Assembly (NCBI RefSeq): GCF_006345805.1
Contig: NC_043011.1
Location: 2,976,001-3,040,000 of the forward strand
Length of the DNA: 64,000 nucleotides
Origin: Octopus sinensis
Taxonomy: Eukaryota
Direction: 5' to 3'
In this document: positions 13,478 through 27,721 of the stretch, one piece after another
Layout: every line of letters begins with the position of its first letter
How positions within the stretch are numbered: the first letter of the stretch is position 1
Translations under genes and position numbers: made by a program
Notes under the pieces: model-generated
What the model saw: only the letters and a program-made list of their open reading frames with translations
What the model was told of the DNA's origin: nothing
Databases searched by the model: none

Positions 13478-13976
13478 ATATCTCTCTTTACCTCTCTCTC
13501 CCTTCTCCCCTGCATCTTCTCACTCTCTTCCTCTCTCTCTGTATCTGCTTCAGCTTTTCTTTCTGTTCTTTCTGTGACCAAGGTACAACAACAGAGATTT
13601 CTTTCAGTGATCTAATCAAAGGTATCACCAATCCCGCTCAAGAATTCTGGCTGTGTCTCCTTGTCTCCCACTTTCTCTCACAATGTCTCCCTATCACTTT
13701 ATATCTCTCATACCCCTCTTTCACTCTTCTCTCTTCTCTCTTTCATTTTCCAGTATCATTATCTCACCTTTTACTCTCACTACTCACATAATAACAATAA
13801 TGTAAGAACCAAACACAAGATAAATACTTTTTCTTCACTTAGTGTGAAATAAACAAAGAAAGAGAATCCATTCTCTCGAATTTTCTTTTCTGTGTGGAAA
13901 GGATAAAAGTATTACAGTTGTGAAATGGAAAATAAAAATTGCAGAAAAGAAGCACAAAAAGAGAACATAACATCAA

Positions 13977-14366
13977 CAGGAGCGGCTGTGTGGTAAGTAG
14001 CTGGCTAACCAACCACATGGTTCCGGGTTCAGTCCCACTGCGTGGCATCTTGGGCAAGTGTCTTCTGCTATAGCCCCGGGCCGACCAATGCCTTGTGAGT
14101 GGATTTGGGAGATGGAAACTGAAAGAAGCCTGTCGTATATATGTATATATATATGTGTGTGTGTGTGTTTGTCCCCCTAGCATTGCTTGACAACCGATGC
14201 TGGTGTGTTTACGTCTCCGTCACCTAGCGGTTTGGCAAAAGAGACCGATAGAATAAGTACTGAGCTTACAAAGAATAAGTCCCAGGGTCGATTTTCTCGA
14301 CCAAAGGCGGTGCTCCAGCATGGCCACAGTCAAATGACTGAAACAAGTAAAAGAGTAAAAGAGTAA
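13977..14366 (+). mobile_element. SINE family A, full length
   Basis: Head, core, internal microsatellite and (aagagta)n tail all present. Confidence 0.92.
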
Positions 14367-15543
14367 ATATAATACAAAAGTTAGAGTTGTTTGTACTCTA
14401 CAACAAGCTGACTGCAGTTACGTAGCCTCAATGGCTTGCTGCTATTTCTGTTATAAGGAGCTGCACACTGAGTGGTGAATGACTGTGTGACATTTTATAG
14501 CCACATCATAAGCAGAAACAGCTGAAAGACAATGCATGTTATTAAGTAACTCTTGTTCTTTCATAATTTATTTATTACTTAAATGTATGCTCAGCATTTA
14601 TTTAGTTGTTCAGTTGTGAGGATGTCAGTGAATTCACACAAACTCACTGCCAGATGCCATTATAAGTACTCGCAGAAAGACCGCCCTCTTGATGGTTTTC
14701 TGCTAGCCACTCAATAATATTTCCACATATGATTCCCAATACTAATAGTTTTTATGATATTTTAAGGCTAATTACTTTTTTTGTATTATAGTGCTCACTT
14801 GCTTAGTAACCATTGCTTTCATTATATTATCACAGTCATAATCTCTCTTTTTTAAGCAAACATCAAAGTAGTCTAACTACGTTAATGTGCCAAAAATTGC
14901 AGCGATCATATAGAGATATCTTAATACCTGTAGCATATCAAATAGCCATAGCAACAAATTCCTTTGCTAATTCTTAGATAACGATGGAAAGGAAATAAGT
15001 GACATGAGTCCACAGCTACAGTAAGTTTTAATAAATTGTCCAATATAATTTATTTTCAGTATGTATAAACGATAAAATGAAGGCATTTACACAGCGAATT
15101 TAAGTCAACAAAATACCTGATTTCCTTATCTGAAATAACAAAATAAAACTTGAAATGAAAAAATTGCAATGAATAATATATTAAGTAGATTATTAATAAT
15201 GAAAACAATTAGAGGCAAGAAAGAAAGTGAGAAACTGTGTTGCAAATGGAAGTGAAAAATTTTGCCAGAACATATTAATATTGTTTATCAAACATTAAAA
15301 TCTACTCTGCAGTGAATGTAAAGCTTGGCAACAAATGTCTAACTTTGTGACAGTAAATAATAACAGATACCTCAAAAGTGCTTTTATAAAATTTATGAAT
15401 ATCTTCTAGAGAGTCAAACCTGGCTATTATGGAAGGTGTGACTAACTAACGGACATCACAGAAATTCATATGTAGATATATAGCAGAGTCAATCTGTTAT
15501 ATATATTCATCATTAGTAATTGGCAGAACTTACATAGGTGTGC

Positions 15544-15545
<2 letters not shown>

Positions 15546-15583
<38 letters not shown>

Positions 15584-15770
15584 ATAGATGGATGGATGGA
15601 TGGATGGATGGATGGATGGGTGGAAGGACGGATGGACGGACGGACGGACGGACGGACCGACGGATGGACGGACGGACGGACGGACGGACGAACCGATGGA
15701 CGAACGGACTGACAGACAGACGGACCGACGGATGGACGGACGTACGGATGGGCGGAGGGACGGACGGACA
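15546..15770. repeat. Graded tetranucleotide microsatellite (GATA)n->(GGAT)n->(GGAC)n
   Basis: Seen directly. Confidence 0.95.
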
Positions 15771-15965
15771 CACACACACATGCGCGTGCATGCACACACA
15801 CACACAGACACACACATTCACACAAAAAATGCTTGGTGCTGTGAGAACACATAGGAATGGTGTTTCCTCATATTTTCATGAAGATCTAAGGAGTCCATGT
15901 AATATCTCCATATCCATCTTTGAAATAAAAGCTACATTAGTTTTAGATCAAAAAAAGTATAATGA

Positions 15966-16095
15966 AGGGCATCCAGCTGTAGAAACTCTGCCAAATCAAG
16001 ATTGGAGCATGGTACAGCCATCTGGTTCGCCAGCCCTCAGTCAAAATCGTCCAACCCATGCTAGCATGGAAAACGGACGTTAAACAATGATGATG
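15966..16095 (+). mobile_element. RTE LINE tail fragment
   Basis: aagggcatccagctgtagaaac...ccaacccatgctagcatggaaaacggacgttaaacaatgatgatg. Confidence 0.8.
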
Positions 16096-18110
16096 TTTCC
16101 AGGCTGATTTGAAACTTTGTCCATGACATGGCTAATAAAATATCATTAATCAACTGGAGTTAATTCAATGAAATAAGCTTTCTGATCTTATGCATTAATT
16201 ATGACTATTACTATGTATTAGCTCACACATTGCATGTTGTGAGTGGCTGTTACTACAAAGGGAAGTATCTACCTCCTTACAACCCGAGGCAGGATTAGGA
16301 AATTGAATTTGAAATCAAAGAATATGAAAAGGATACAAAGAGTTCTTATATATAAGAATCTTTTATCTTTTACTTGTTTCTGTCATTAGATTGCTGCCAT
16401 GCTGGGGCAGTACCTTGAATTTTTAGTTGAATGAATCGACCCCAGTACTTAATATTTTGTAAAGCCTGGTACTTATTCTGTTGGCCTTCTTTTGCTGAGC
16501 TGCTAAGTTACAGAGATGCAAACATACCAAGCACCTGTTATCAAGCAGTGGTTGGTGGGGGGACAAACACAGACAGAAAACCACACATAGATATACTTAC
16601 ATATATACATATATATATGATGGGCTTCTTTCAGTTTCCAGCTACCAAATCCGCTCACAAGGCTTTGGTCAGCCTGACGCTATAGTAGAAGAATCTTACC
16701 CAAGGTGCCAAGCTGTGGGTCTTACCACATAGCCATGCCTGCATCTAATTTAATTTTCTTTTTTTTTTTCATCTATGACAATGTTCTAACAATTCTCTAG
16801 TTAGTCTAATCATATATATTAAGGTTTCATCAATTTAGAAATCTGCAGTATGAGCCAACCCGTAAATTTATTAATTAGCTATATTATAAGCATAAACTGA
16901 TATCTTTCAATACACAGCTCTCTTCTTTAACATCACATTTTTTTCAGCTGATATACATTACACTGATATCATACTTGACTTTCACTTTTGATGTCCACCT
17001 GTTCACGTTTCCTAATTTCTTTCTCACATTTGCCACCCCCATTTCTGTATATTTCCATATGCAGCAAGATATCTGGTAATCTAGAATGTTGTGTTGCCTT
17101 GAGCATTATTGTATAAATAAAGTCTGTGTTAGGTTTTGGTCTTTCCATTTGACATTTAAGTTCTTTGTCTGAAACAAGGGAGTAGAACTAAAGAAAGCAT
17201 TGACATCAATGGGCAGCTTTTCATTTTCCCTCTGCTGTCTCATTTCATATGCAATATTCTTGGAATTTGTTTCTGTGTATATGTTAATAGCACTTCTGTG
17301 AAACTACACACAAAAACACATGGATTCAACCCTCCTCATTCCACTATATCACAGCAACTACTCAGAGGCATGGTACGATTAAGAAGTTTGCTTTACAACC
17401 ATATGGTATTTGGAATTGGTTCACTTCTTATACATATATACATACATTCACACACACGGGAAATTTCTAATTAAAAGCAACTCTCAGATCTAATATATAT
17501 ACAGCTACAATGAATTTATAAATCATTTTAATTTAATATAATAATTCCATAAAAAGTTATCTAAAATCAATGAAAGTTTGCCTTGGTATTTTAAGTCCCA
17601 CTTTTAGTCAATATCACAGCAACTTCCAGCTGGTTAGGCATAGATTTGTTTAAATTATCAGTGACAGACTGATCCATGTTTATCCTCTTTTAAGTCAATG
17701 CTTCCTTTAACTCTGTAATTGATGTTTCTACAATCTTCATCACAACCTTCTATAAAATGTTTCTATATGTTTTCTTTTAGATTAAGATCAAGGCTTTGAG
17801 CAATAACATTTCAGTGACTTGATTCTGTGCATTCGTTTCTAAATTTGTGTTACCTTTGTGGTACAACATGGGATGTAATTTTCTTGAAAGGCAAAAGATT
17901 GCTTGACCTTCTTCAAGAAGTTAACATTATTCTAGTTCATTCAAATGATATTCAGCAAAAATAAGCTCTGATCACCCTCTTGCCCAAACTGTCCTCCTGC
18001 CTGTAAGTCCACGTTTATCTGTTTCCTGCGAACAGCTTAGCTTCCCTATTATAGTTTTGATTTATTACACTATATCTGCCTTGAGTCGCAAAGTTGGATG
18101 AATTTACTTC

Positions 18111-18522
18111 CTCTTTACTCTTTTACTCTTTTACTTGTTTCAGTCATTTGACTGTGGCCATGCTGAAGCACCACCTTTAATCGAGCAACTCGACCCCGGG
18201 AGTTATTCTTTGTAAGCCCAGTACTTATTCTATCGGTCTCATTTGCCGAACCGCTAAGTAACGGGGACATAAACACACCAGCATCGGTTGTCAAGCAATG
18301 CTAGGGGGACAAACACAGACACACAAACAAACACACATACATATATATATATACATATATATGACCGGCTTCTTTCAGTTTCCGTCTACCAAATCCACTC
18401 ACAAGGCATTGGTCGGCCCGGGGCTATAGCAGAAGACACTTGCCCAAGATGCCATGCAGTGGGACTGAACCCGGAACCATGTGGTTGGTTAGCAAGCTAC
18501 TTACCACACAGCCACTCCTGCG
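18111..18522 (-). mobile_element. SINE family A, full length
   Basis: Reverse complement of the consensus; head ends ...gccactcctgcg. Confidence 0.92.
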
Positions 18523-18704
18523 CAACATTTACAATAATTTACAATAATTCTGCAACATTTACAATAATTAACAATAATTAACAATAATTAACAATAAGGG
18601 TGATCAAAATGCTTACCCTTGTTGCAGAACTCCTTAGACCAGGCGAACATATTGGACTTACTAGCTTTTCAGATCATCAGTTTCTTTCTTACAATTTTTA
18701 TTCT

Positions 18705-18803
18705 TGTGGAAGAGGGAGACCCAGGAAGACACGGATGGAAGTGGTAAGGAGCAATCTCAGGATGTTGGGCCTCATAGGGGAAATGGACCGTGATGTCTGG
18801 TGA
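18705..18803 (+). mobile_element. RTE ORF2 C-terminal fragment
   Basis: Translates GRGRPRKTRMEVVRSNLRMLGL...DRDVW, homologous to 49616-49975. Confidence 0.7.
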
Positions 18804-19325
18804 TATAAAATTCTTGAGAACATTTACCTACATCAGTGAAATTGTGTTCTAGAAGCACAGTGTGTTCCACTCACATGTAACAAGAAAATTTTTCATACAA
18901 CATTTCTCAATAAAACTTTGCTTATTGTTACAAGTTGATGTTTCTACAACATCTAAATTTATTGATATTGTTTTTCTCAGTGGTTTTCTTTGTTGTGTTG
19001 ATTAATTTGAACTAAAACAAGTATTTATATGAATATTTTTACCTTTGCACTAATTCAAAATTCTATAGAATCTGATTGCAGCTCGGAAGATATATTAGCT
19101 ATTCAAATACACACAAACACAGTTTAATTCACTCAAACATTTATTTTCTGTCAAAAATTTTGTTGCACCAACTGCAACCTAGTCACTGATGTAATTCCAG
19201 TGCATCTGAAGTTAACAAATTTTGTGTGATTTTGAATGAGGGATATTAGTTTCAACACACAATCTCAAATCAGATCATTGCTAAAATTTATAGACTTTGT
19301 TTTATTTATTCTGTAAGACTTTTTG

Positions 19326-19726
19326 CTCTTTTACTCTTTTACTCTTTTACTTGTCATTTGACTGCGGCCATGCTGGAGCACCACCTTTAGTCGAGCAAAT
19401 CGACCCCGGGACTTATTCTTTGTAAGCCCAGTACTTATTCTATCGGTCTCTTTTGCCGAACCGCTAAGTGACGGGGACATAAACACACCAGCATCGGTTG
19501 TCAAGTAATGCTAGGGGGACAAACACACACACATACACATATATACATATATATACATATATACGACAGGCTTCTTTCAGTTTCCGTCTCCCAAATCCAC
19601 TCACAAGGCATTGGTTGGCCCGGGGCTTTAGCAGAAGACACTTGCCCAAGATGCCACGCAGTGGGACTGAACCCGGAACCATGTGGTTGGTTAGCAAGCT
19701 ACTTACCACACAGCCACTCCTGCGCC
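19326..19726 (-). mobile_element. SINE family A, full length
   Basis: Reverse complement of the consensus. Confidence 0.92.
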
Positions 19727-20905
19727 TAAGACTGTTTTTATAAGGAAAAGAAGGATAGGGAAAGTTGAATTGAAGCATTTATGGACTTATGTGACAACTG
19801 GCAATCAAAAATGTTGCATATGAATTCAGTGAGCCATGAACTGGCTTCAAATCAGACTTTAGAACTGAACTTATAAAGAGAAAATTTACACAGTATTCTA
19901 TTGTATTATAGTATATAACTGAAGGTAAGAGCCAGTAATAAACTGGGTGTCAATTTAATTATTTTTCCTCCCCTGCCTAGTTAAGAGAAATTAAAATCTT
20001 TACTAGACCTAAAATTGGCAATATAACACATGGATTTATTCGCTGGGACATTATCTTATCATAGATGTTTCTGGAAGTTGTTTAAAGCAGTAATAGTTCC
20101 ATACATAATGCTAATTGTAAATCTGTAGACAGAGAGTAGATTTGTTAATCACCATATTTATTGGGGCTAATTTTTATTTGATAAATCGAATTGAGCAAGT
20201 ATATATTAGATCCACTGCTAGCATTTTATGATGCAGCCATAATTCAGAGATTAGAATTAACCAAGTTCATAAGTTTCTATATTTAAAGACATTTGTATGA
20301 TTTACAGTTCAAATTTACAGTTTAGTAATTTGCATAAAATGATACAGGGATATTAAGTTGCAAGTGTATATTCCAAATGTCAGTTTAATGTTGCAGACAA
20401 TCTGGAAGTGGAACAGAGCTTAATGATAGCAAATTGTTATTGGAATGGATAAATTTAAGAACTTTATGTCGCCAGCTGCAACATTGTAAAAGAATTATAA
20501 TTAAGAAAATATTTATCGTTTTTCCTGTTATATATTTATGTTTCTGCTATAGTATTCAGACAACTAAGATAAATGTTTAGAAATGTTTACAGAGTCCACT
20601 TGTCTGCATTGCAATTGCATTTATAAAGACCAGTTCACTATCTAAACTTTGTTCTATAGATTTTTGCTATGCACATTGAGATATTAATATGTCTTAATTT
20701 TACAGCATTTACAACAATATTGTGAATAATGAAGACTGTCTTTTGCAATGGTGAACCATGTATTTTTGCAGACTTTTATTGCTAAATGTAGTTTACCAAG
20801 TTAGCAGAGATTGTTCCACTTTGTTGGACCGTTTGAATTTACATGCTCTGTTTACTAAAGGAATAACGGGATTAGTGAAACTGACTACTTCAGCAGCAGC
20901 AGCAA

Positions 20906-21300
20906 GTGGAGGCACAATGGCCCAATGGTTAGGGAAACGGACTCGCGTTTGGAGGATTGAGGTTTCAATTCCCAGACCAGGTGTTGTGTGTGTTTATTGG
21001 GCAAAAACACCTAAAGCTCCACGAGGCTCTGGCAGAGGGTGGTGGCGACCCCTGTTGTTCTCTTTCACTCCAACTTTCTCTCACTCTTTCTTCCTGTTTC
21101 TTGTCCCTGACTTCCTCTGCAACTGCTGAGCCTGGATGCACATTCATCCATCCGTCAATGCTCTCGGTGTTGGGGGTTGACCTGCTTTCTCTTCTGCGGG
21201 TCTTACGAATAGCAAAGGACCACATTTCGGACTTCTTCCAGTGGACGAAGACTGCTACGCTCAACAGCAACAGCAGCAGCAGTAGCAGCAGCACCAGCAC
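20906..21300 (+). mobile_element. SINE family C (tRNA head), tail variant 1
   Basis: gtggaggcacaatggcccaatggttaggg (A box), ggtttcaattccc (B box), then gtgtgtgtttatt..aaacacctaaagctccacgaggctc; ends in (cag/caa)n. Confidence 0.75.
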
Positions 21301-21397
21301 CATTGGCTCAGTAAGGAGAATAGCTATTGTTATTTAAACTCAAGATGAAGTGCATATGCACCTGCAAATGTCCTGGCTGGACATCATCAATGCTTTC

Positions 21398-21436
<39 letters not shown>

Positions 21437-22309
21437 TTTGTGTATATGCCTACTTTTTTCGTACTAGCATGGATTAAACAAGACTTGAGACAACATTCTA
21501 CAACTAAAAGTTCTTCCTATCATCAATCCTCTCACTCTGGTTTCCACATGTTGAACCACTGATGTGGAAGGCATATTGTTTATTCAAAGTATAAACAAAT
21601 GTTACTACTTCTAAGCAGTGTCACTAAGATGACGTATGGCAAGCTGGCAGAATCATTAGCACACCAAGCAAAATTTTTAGTGGCATTTTGTCTGTTTTTA
21701 TGTTCTGAATTCAAATTCCACTGAGGTTGACTTTGTCTTTCATCCTTTCAGAGTTGGGAAAATAAGTATCAGTTGAGCACTGGAGCCAATGTAATCGACT
21801 TACCCACTCCTTCGAACTTTACACTATTAATGGATATTTAAAGAAGAATTGATAAATCTAATTGAGTCTGCAAGATATTCTTATGAAGTTTTACTACCTG
21901 AGAGAACCGACTGATCCACAAAACAAAGTCTTTACATATTTATCTGGTGTTGTCAGAACATAATTTCACAAAAAGTTACAATGCAAAATTATCATAATTT
22001 TGTATTGTAACCTTACAGGTTATGTTCCAAATACCAGCTTAATAGTGATTTCAAATTTTAGGACTAGGCCAGCAATTTTTTTGGTGAGGTTGGATGGGAG
22101 AATGAGGATGGTTAACTCGATCCCTCTTCTCCTTCCCCAGTACTCATCTGGTACTTATTTCATCGATTCTGAAAGGATGAAAGGCAAAGTCAACCTCAGC
22201 AGAATTTGAACTCAAATGTAAAGAAGGAGGAAATGCCACTAAGCATTTTACCTGATGGACTTACAATTCTGCCAACTCACCGTCTTACACTGGAGTTATT
22301 TTGCTAGAC

Positions 22310-22528
22310 ATCTCCGGCACATAAAAAGCACCATCCGACCGTGGCCGTTTGCCAGCCTTGTCTGGCACGTAAAAAGCACCTGCTATACCCACGGAGTGGT
22401 TGGCGTTAGAAAGGGCATCCAGCCATAGAAACATTGCCAGATCTGACTGGGCCTGGTCCAGCCTTCTGGCTTCCGAGACCCCAGTTGAACCATCCAACCC
22501 ATGCTAGCATCGAAAGCGGATGCTAAAC

Positions 22529-22559
<31 letters not shown>

Positions 22560-22560
22560 T
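22310..22560 (+). mobile_element. RTE LINE 3' UTR/tail
   Basis: taaaaagcacc repeats, gagtggttggcgttagaaagggcatccagc, (gat)n tail. Confidence 0.85.
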
Positions 22561-22712
22561 TATCAAAACATTGTTTTTCATTAGAAGAACAGAGTATTTC
22601 ATTTGGAGTATAGCAACAAAAGTGTTAACAGCTGTTCATTAACTATTAGATAGCAGGTGTCAGATAAAAAAAATATTAATTACCCTCTGATAAAGAGTAG
22701 TTATAAACAATA

Positions 22713-23138
22713 GGTGCAGGAGTGGTTGTGTGGTAAGTAGCTTGCTAACCAACCACATGGTTCCGGGTTCAGTCCCACTGCGTGGCATCTTGGGCAAGTG
22801 TCTTCTGCTATAGCCCCGGGCCAACCAATGCCTTGTGAGTGGATTTGGTAGACGGAAACTGCAAGAAGCCTGTCGTATATATATATATATATATATATAA
22901 GTGTGTGTGTATATGTTTGTGTGTCTGTGTTTGTCCCCCTAGCATTGCTTGACAACCGATGCTGGTGTGTTTACGTCCCCGTCACTTAGCGGTTTGGCAA
23001 AAGAGACCGATAGAATAAGTACTGGGCTTACAAAGAATAAGTCCCAGGGTCGATTTGCTCGACTAAAGGCGGTGCTCCAGCATGGCCGCAGTCAAATGAC
23101 TGAAACAAGTAAAAGAGTAAAAGAGAGTAAAAGAGTAA
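22713..23138 (+). mobile_element. SINE family A, full length
   Basis: Head, core and tail present. Confidence 0.92.
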
Positions 23139-24687
23139 TCCATTTAAGCACCATGCATCAGTGGTATAATTCTAATGTAGAGCCAAATCCACACTGCATG
23201 TCTGAATTTCTCTGTCGTCATTTCCCTGCATTCATTCCTCATAATAGCAATTTCTGATAAATAGCCAAAAGCCTGAAAAGAGACGCTTCTTAACTGGTTG
23301 ATGTTACTGCTTCTCATTGCACTTTATAAAGGGTGAACTTTCACTGTTGACCCAAGAAACCATTAACTGCTACTTGTTTATTAGCCTTCAGTAATCTGGA
23401 ACTTGTTACACTGGTGAAATGAAGTGTTTATAAAGCTGTGAGTCCTGTTATTGTTTATGTATATTTCTTCCTCTCTTTCTTCAGCAAATACAGTACACTG
23501 ATTAATACAAGTGCTGCAGTTGTACTTTAATATTCAACATCATCAGTATCATCAACATTGGCAATGGTGTCATTGTCACTATCATCTTCTCCTCCTCCTT
23601 CTTTTGAACCTCTTCCTCCTTCATATTTCCTCTCATCTTCCTTTCTTCTGGGGTAAATCTAATCAACTGCAACACTTGATTGGTACATCAGTCTGTCAGA
23701 GGGCCGCGCTCTCCAGGTTATCTCCCCTTCAAAATTTCAAGCCCTTGTGTCTATGTTAGAAGCAATTAATGTTATTATCAATAATATTAATATGCTTAGT
23801 TTTGTTTTTGCTTGTACCTGTGATGTATGTCACACTTCAAAGGAAGATGTGATTGGCAAAGAAAGAGAAAATGGGACAGAGAGGAAGTAAGAGAGAAAGA
23901 GAAAGATTGAGAGAGAGTGAGAGAGATTGAGAGAGAGTGAGAAAGAAAGAGAGAGAGTGAGAAAGAAAGAAAAAGAGAGAGTGAAAGAGACAGGGAGTGG
24001 TAGTGGCGTTTGTTTTGTGTTTTTAATTGTTTATCACATCACAAGAAAAGTAGATACAGAGATCAAAAGAAAAGTTGATCGATATATACACACATAGTTA
24101 AATTAAAAGCGGGAGAGAAAAGGGACATAGAGGAAGTGAAAGAGGAAAAAGAACGTGAGAGAAACAGTAGATACATAGACCCAAAGAAAAGTTGATACAT
24201 AGAAACATAGACACGGCATATATTGGATGTCACTTTCACTTTTCATTACCATACAAGGATAAAATTAACTCACTGGTGGCTGAGCACTCTACAGACATGC
24301 ATATCATTAATGTAATTCTCAGGGAGATTCAGCTTCACACAGAATATGACAAGGCTGGCCCCTCTGAATTACAGCTCCAACTCATTTTGGCCAGCTGAGT
24401 GGACTGGAGTGAGATAAACCTTCAAGCGGTTGAAAGAAACTTAAAAAAAGATCCTATATTGGGGCAGGAAAATCTTTTTAGTCATTAGGGTCACTATGGG
24501 TGTTAATCTGGTCCTAACAGTGGTATTTGCACAGGCTGTTGTTATCAAACTGAGCATGAGTCGAGGGCAAATATATGATGGAGTAGCAATTATTTCATCT
24601 TAGCTTTCACTGCTTATACTAATCACTTGACATTTTTACCTTACAATATGGAACATTTCCTTTCCTTTCACTCTTTTTAAAAAATGG

Positions 24688-24988
24688 CACTCTGCCGGTT
24701 ATGATGATGAGGTTCCTGTTTATCCAATCAATGGAACACTCTGTTCATAAAATTAATGTGCAAGTGGCTGAATACTCCACAGACAGCCATACCATAAGGT
24801 AGTTCTCAGGGAGATTCACCCCCACACAAAATGTGACCTCTATGAATTGCAACTACAATTCATTTTTGCCAGCTGAATGGACTGCAGCAAGGGGAAGTGG
24901 AGTAACTTGCTCAAGAACACAGCACACCGCTGGGAATCATCCTCATCGTGGGCTGAATTCTCCTAACTACTGAGCCATGCACCTTCAG
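24688..24988 (-). mobile_element. SINE family D (tRNA head, degenerate); related pieces at about 24270-24415 and 38220-38375
   Basis: Minus strand reads gaaggtgcatggctcagtagttagg...tgtgttcttgagcaagttact...cagtccattcagctggcaaaaatga. Confidence 0.6.
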
Positions 24989-26755
24989 TCTCTTAACCAT
25001 AGAGAAAAAGAGTGAAGTGATAGAGATAGAGAAAGAAAAGCCTCAATAATTTACAATGATAATTAGACTGAAATATTATTGATCTTTTAACAACGAAGAA
25101 GAGGGAAAGATATATAAGTAATGAATAGAGGGAAAGTCTTTCAGGTGTTTACGTTTTTATTCTGGGTGTTCTAGAAGGATCGAATATTAGCTGTCTCATC
25201 TTTACCCCTCCCCTGGTACTTATTCATCTTCTTCCATAGTTCTTCTTATCTTTTAGTTGATGGTGGGGAGACCATGGTTTATTTTTCAAGCACATCCAAT
25301 GTTTTCTCTACAAACTACTAACAACCCCTCTCCCTTCCTGTTTTTTTCATACAAAGACTAATGCAGATTTTGAACAGGGTATAGCTGTTAAAAGAGCCCA
25401 GAAAATTGGGTAATACCTCCTGCAAAATGGGTGGGGAGAAAAGTTGCCAACAGGTGGCTACACTAAATTCAACTATATACTTTAAAGGGTGCTTTCTACT
25501 ATAGCCTCTGGTTGACCAAAGCCTTGTGAGTGAATTTGGTAGACGAAAACTGAAAGAAGCCCATCATATAAATATATATTTATGTGTCTGTTTGTGTCTG
25601 TTTGTCCCTGCCCCCATTGTTTGACGACCAATGTCGGTGTGTTTGCATCCTTGTAACTTAGCTGTTTGGCAGAAGAGACTGCTGACGGAATAAGCACCAG
25701 GCTTAGAGGGACTAAGTCCAGGGGTTGATTTCTTCAGCTAAAGGGTGGTGCTCCAGCATTGCCACCATCAAAGGACTGAAACAAGAAAAAGAATACCAGA
25801 AGAACATTCCGTACCACTAAACCAAGAGGGTTCTTTGAATATGTACGATGTACTTTAAGGTTATATAGTAACTCTGTTTACGTTTGCATGACTGAGATAT
25901 AGTTATTGGTTTTACACTTCTTCCTATATTCTGTGTCACAATATTCTATATTCTGTAAGTGTCACAATATCGAAAACTTTTTCATGGCACCAGCACACTA
26001 TGTTTTCTGTGAATTTTTTACGGGTCCAGCTAGTTATTATTATTATTATAATGTGGTGAGCTGGTAGAGTCGTTAGCACTCTGGACGAAATGCTTAGCAG
26101 CATTTCATCCGTCTTTATATTCTGAGTTCAAGTTCCACCAAGGTCAACTTTGCCTTTCATCCTTTCGGGGTTGATAAATTTAGTACCAGTGAAATTCTGG
26201 GGTCAATGTAATTGACTAGACCCCTCCCTGAAAATTTCAGGCCTTGTACCAATAGTAGAAAGGATTATTATTATTATTATTATTGGCAAAAACCATTATT
26301 GTGTCATAGAAAAGTATTTGTGGGACCTCTTCAGGCTCTTTATTTGCTAAGCTCAAATCCCATTGAGTCAGCTTTGCCTTTCATATTTTTGGGGCTGATA
26401 AGTCAAGTACTGGGGCTGACGTAATCGACTTTATCTTTCCCCTCAAAATGACTGCCCTTGTACTAAAATTAGAAAGACTTATTACCATCTAGAGGAGGTA
26501 GTGGTGCTGAATGTGTTTTACCAAGCTTGCAAACTTACCAGTTTTTATTCTTTTACTTGCTTCAGTTATTGGACAGCAGCCATGCTTGGACACTGTTTTC
26601 TACACAGCTTCTTTCTACAACATTCATTCACAAGATATCAGTTTGCCTAGTCTATAGCAGAAGATAATTGTCCACAGTTCCACACAGTGAGACTGAACCC
26701 AAAGTATACTTCCAAAACTCATCCATGCTTGCACCATATTGAAAATGTTTTGACC

Positions 26756-27179
26756 ATTGTTGTATTTCGGAATGGTCGTTTTGCCAGTTTAGCCAATAAA
26801 AACACACGCACTATATATTTGGTGTTCTTTTGCTTCAGTGTTATTTATTTTTTACATTAATCTTAATCTTATTTTGGCCAGAGTTCTTTCGTCACACTCC
26901 TGTGACCGCATCAGGGGTCCTTTGCTTGCTTTCTTCTTTCTTATTTGTGTGTCTCTCCTTACTAACCGTCAGCCATTTTGTATTTCTATTGAAATAAGAA
27001 AGAAGAAAGCAAAGGACCACTGATGCGGTCACAGGAGTGTGACGAAAGAACTCCTGGCCGAAATAAGATTAAGTTTAATGTAAAAAATAAATAACACTGA
27101 AGCAAAATAACACCAAATATATAGTGCGTGTGTTTTTATTGGTTAAACTGGCAAAATGAGCATTCCTAAATACAACAAT
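26756..27179. mobile_element. Fold-back element with about 190-bp inverted arms, each holding a hammerhead-like motif
   Basis: Arms 26756-26946 and 26992-27179 are near-perfect reverse complements. Each has CTGATGCG-GTCAC-AGGAGT-GTGAC-GAAAGAACTC. Confidence 0.75.
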
Positions 27180-27721
27180 ATCTGTTTCAACACACGATTT
27201 CACATAAAAAATCTTGCACAACAAATATATAAACGTTTTCACCATTATTTTGCTTAAAAAGAAAAATAGTTTGGAATAGATTAATATCTATTCTGTTTAC
27301 TTCAGGATGGAAGAATATAGTTTGTCATCAGACATATTTAAATTTCATACTTTGTAAATATTAATTTACTTGTGATTTAGTATTCTTCTAATAGAGTAGC
27401 AGAGACAGGTGTTAGTCACAGGTAAACTGGTGTCAATCACACTCTGAACAAAAAGTTGGGAAAACTATAAATTATTTTTTTTTTTTAAGCGCAGAGAAAA
27501 GTATTTTTAAAAGAACAGAAAAAATTAGAGTAAATGAATATCATTTTGATAGGATATTCAGATTTTTCTAAAATAGATAATGTTATTGTTGATAATTTCA
27601 AATGAAAGAGAAGCAATTTTGCTAGCATTGTGAGTGAAAGGGGATAGTGTTTTGTTACACTTTGTCTGTGTTTGCTGGGTTCAAACTGAAAAGCGAAAAA
27701 TACACAGAAATACAGAAACTT

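Noticed and set aside
16975-17168. Minus-strand 194-nt candidate exon (KELKCQ...GKCEKEIRKREQ)
   Set aside because: Splice signals are plausible, but CEKEIRKR preceded by a frameshifted YL resembles a decayed LINE RT motif. An open frame of this length is also expected by chance somewhere in 64 kb.
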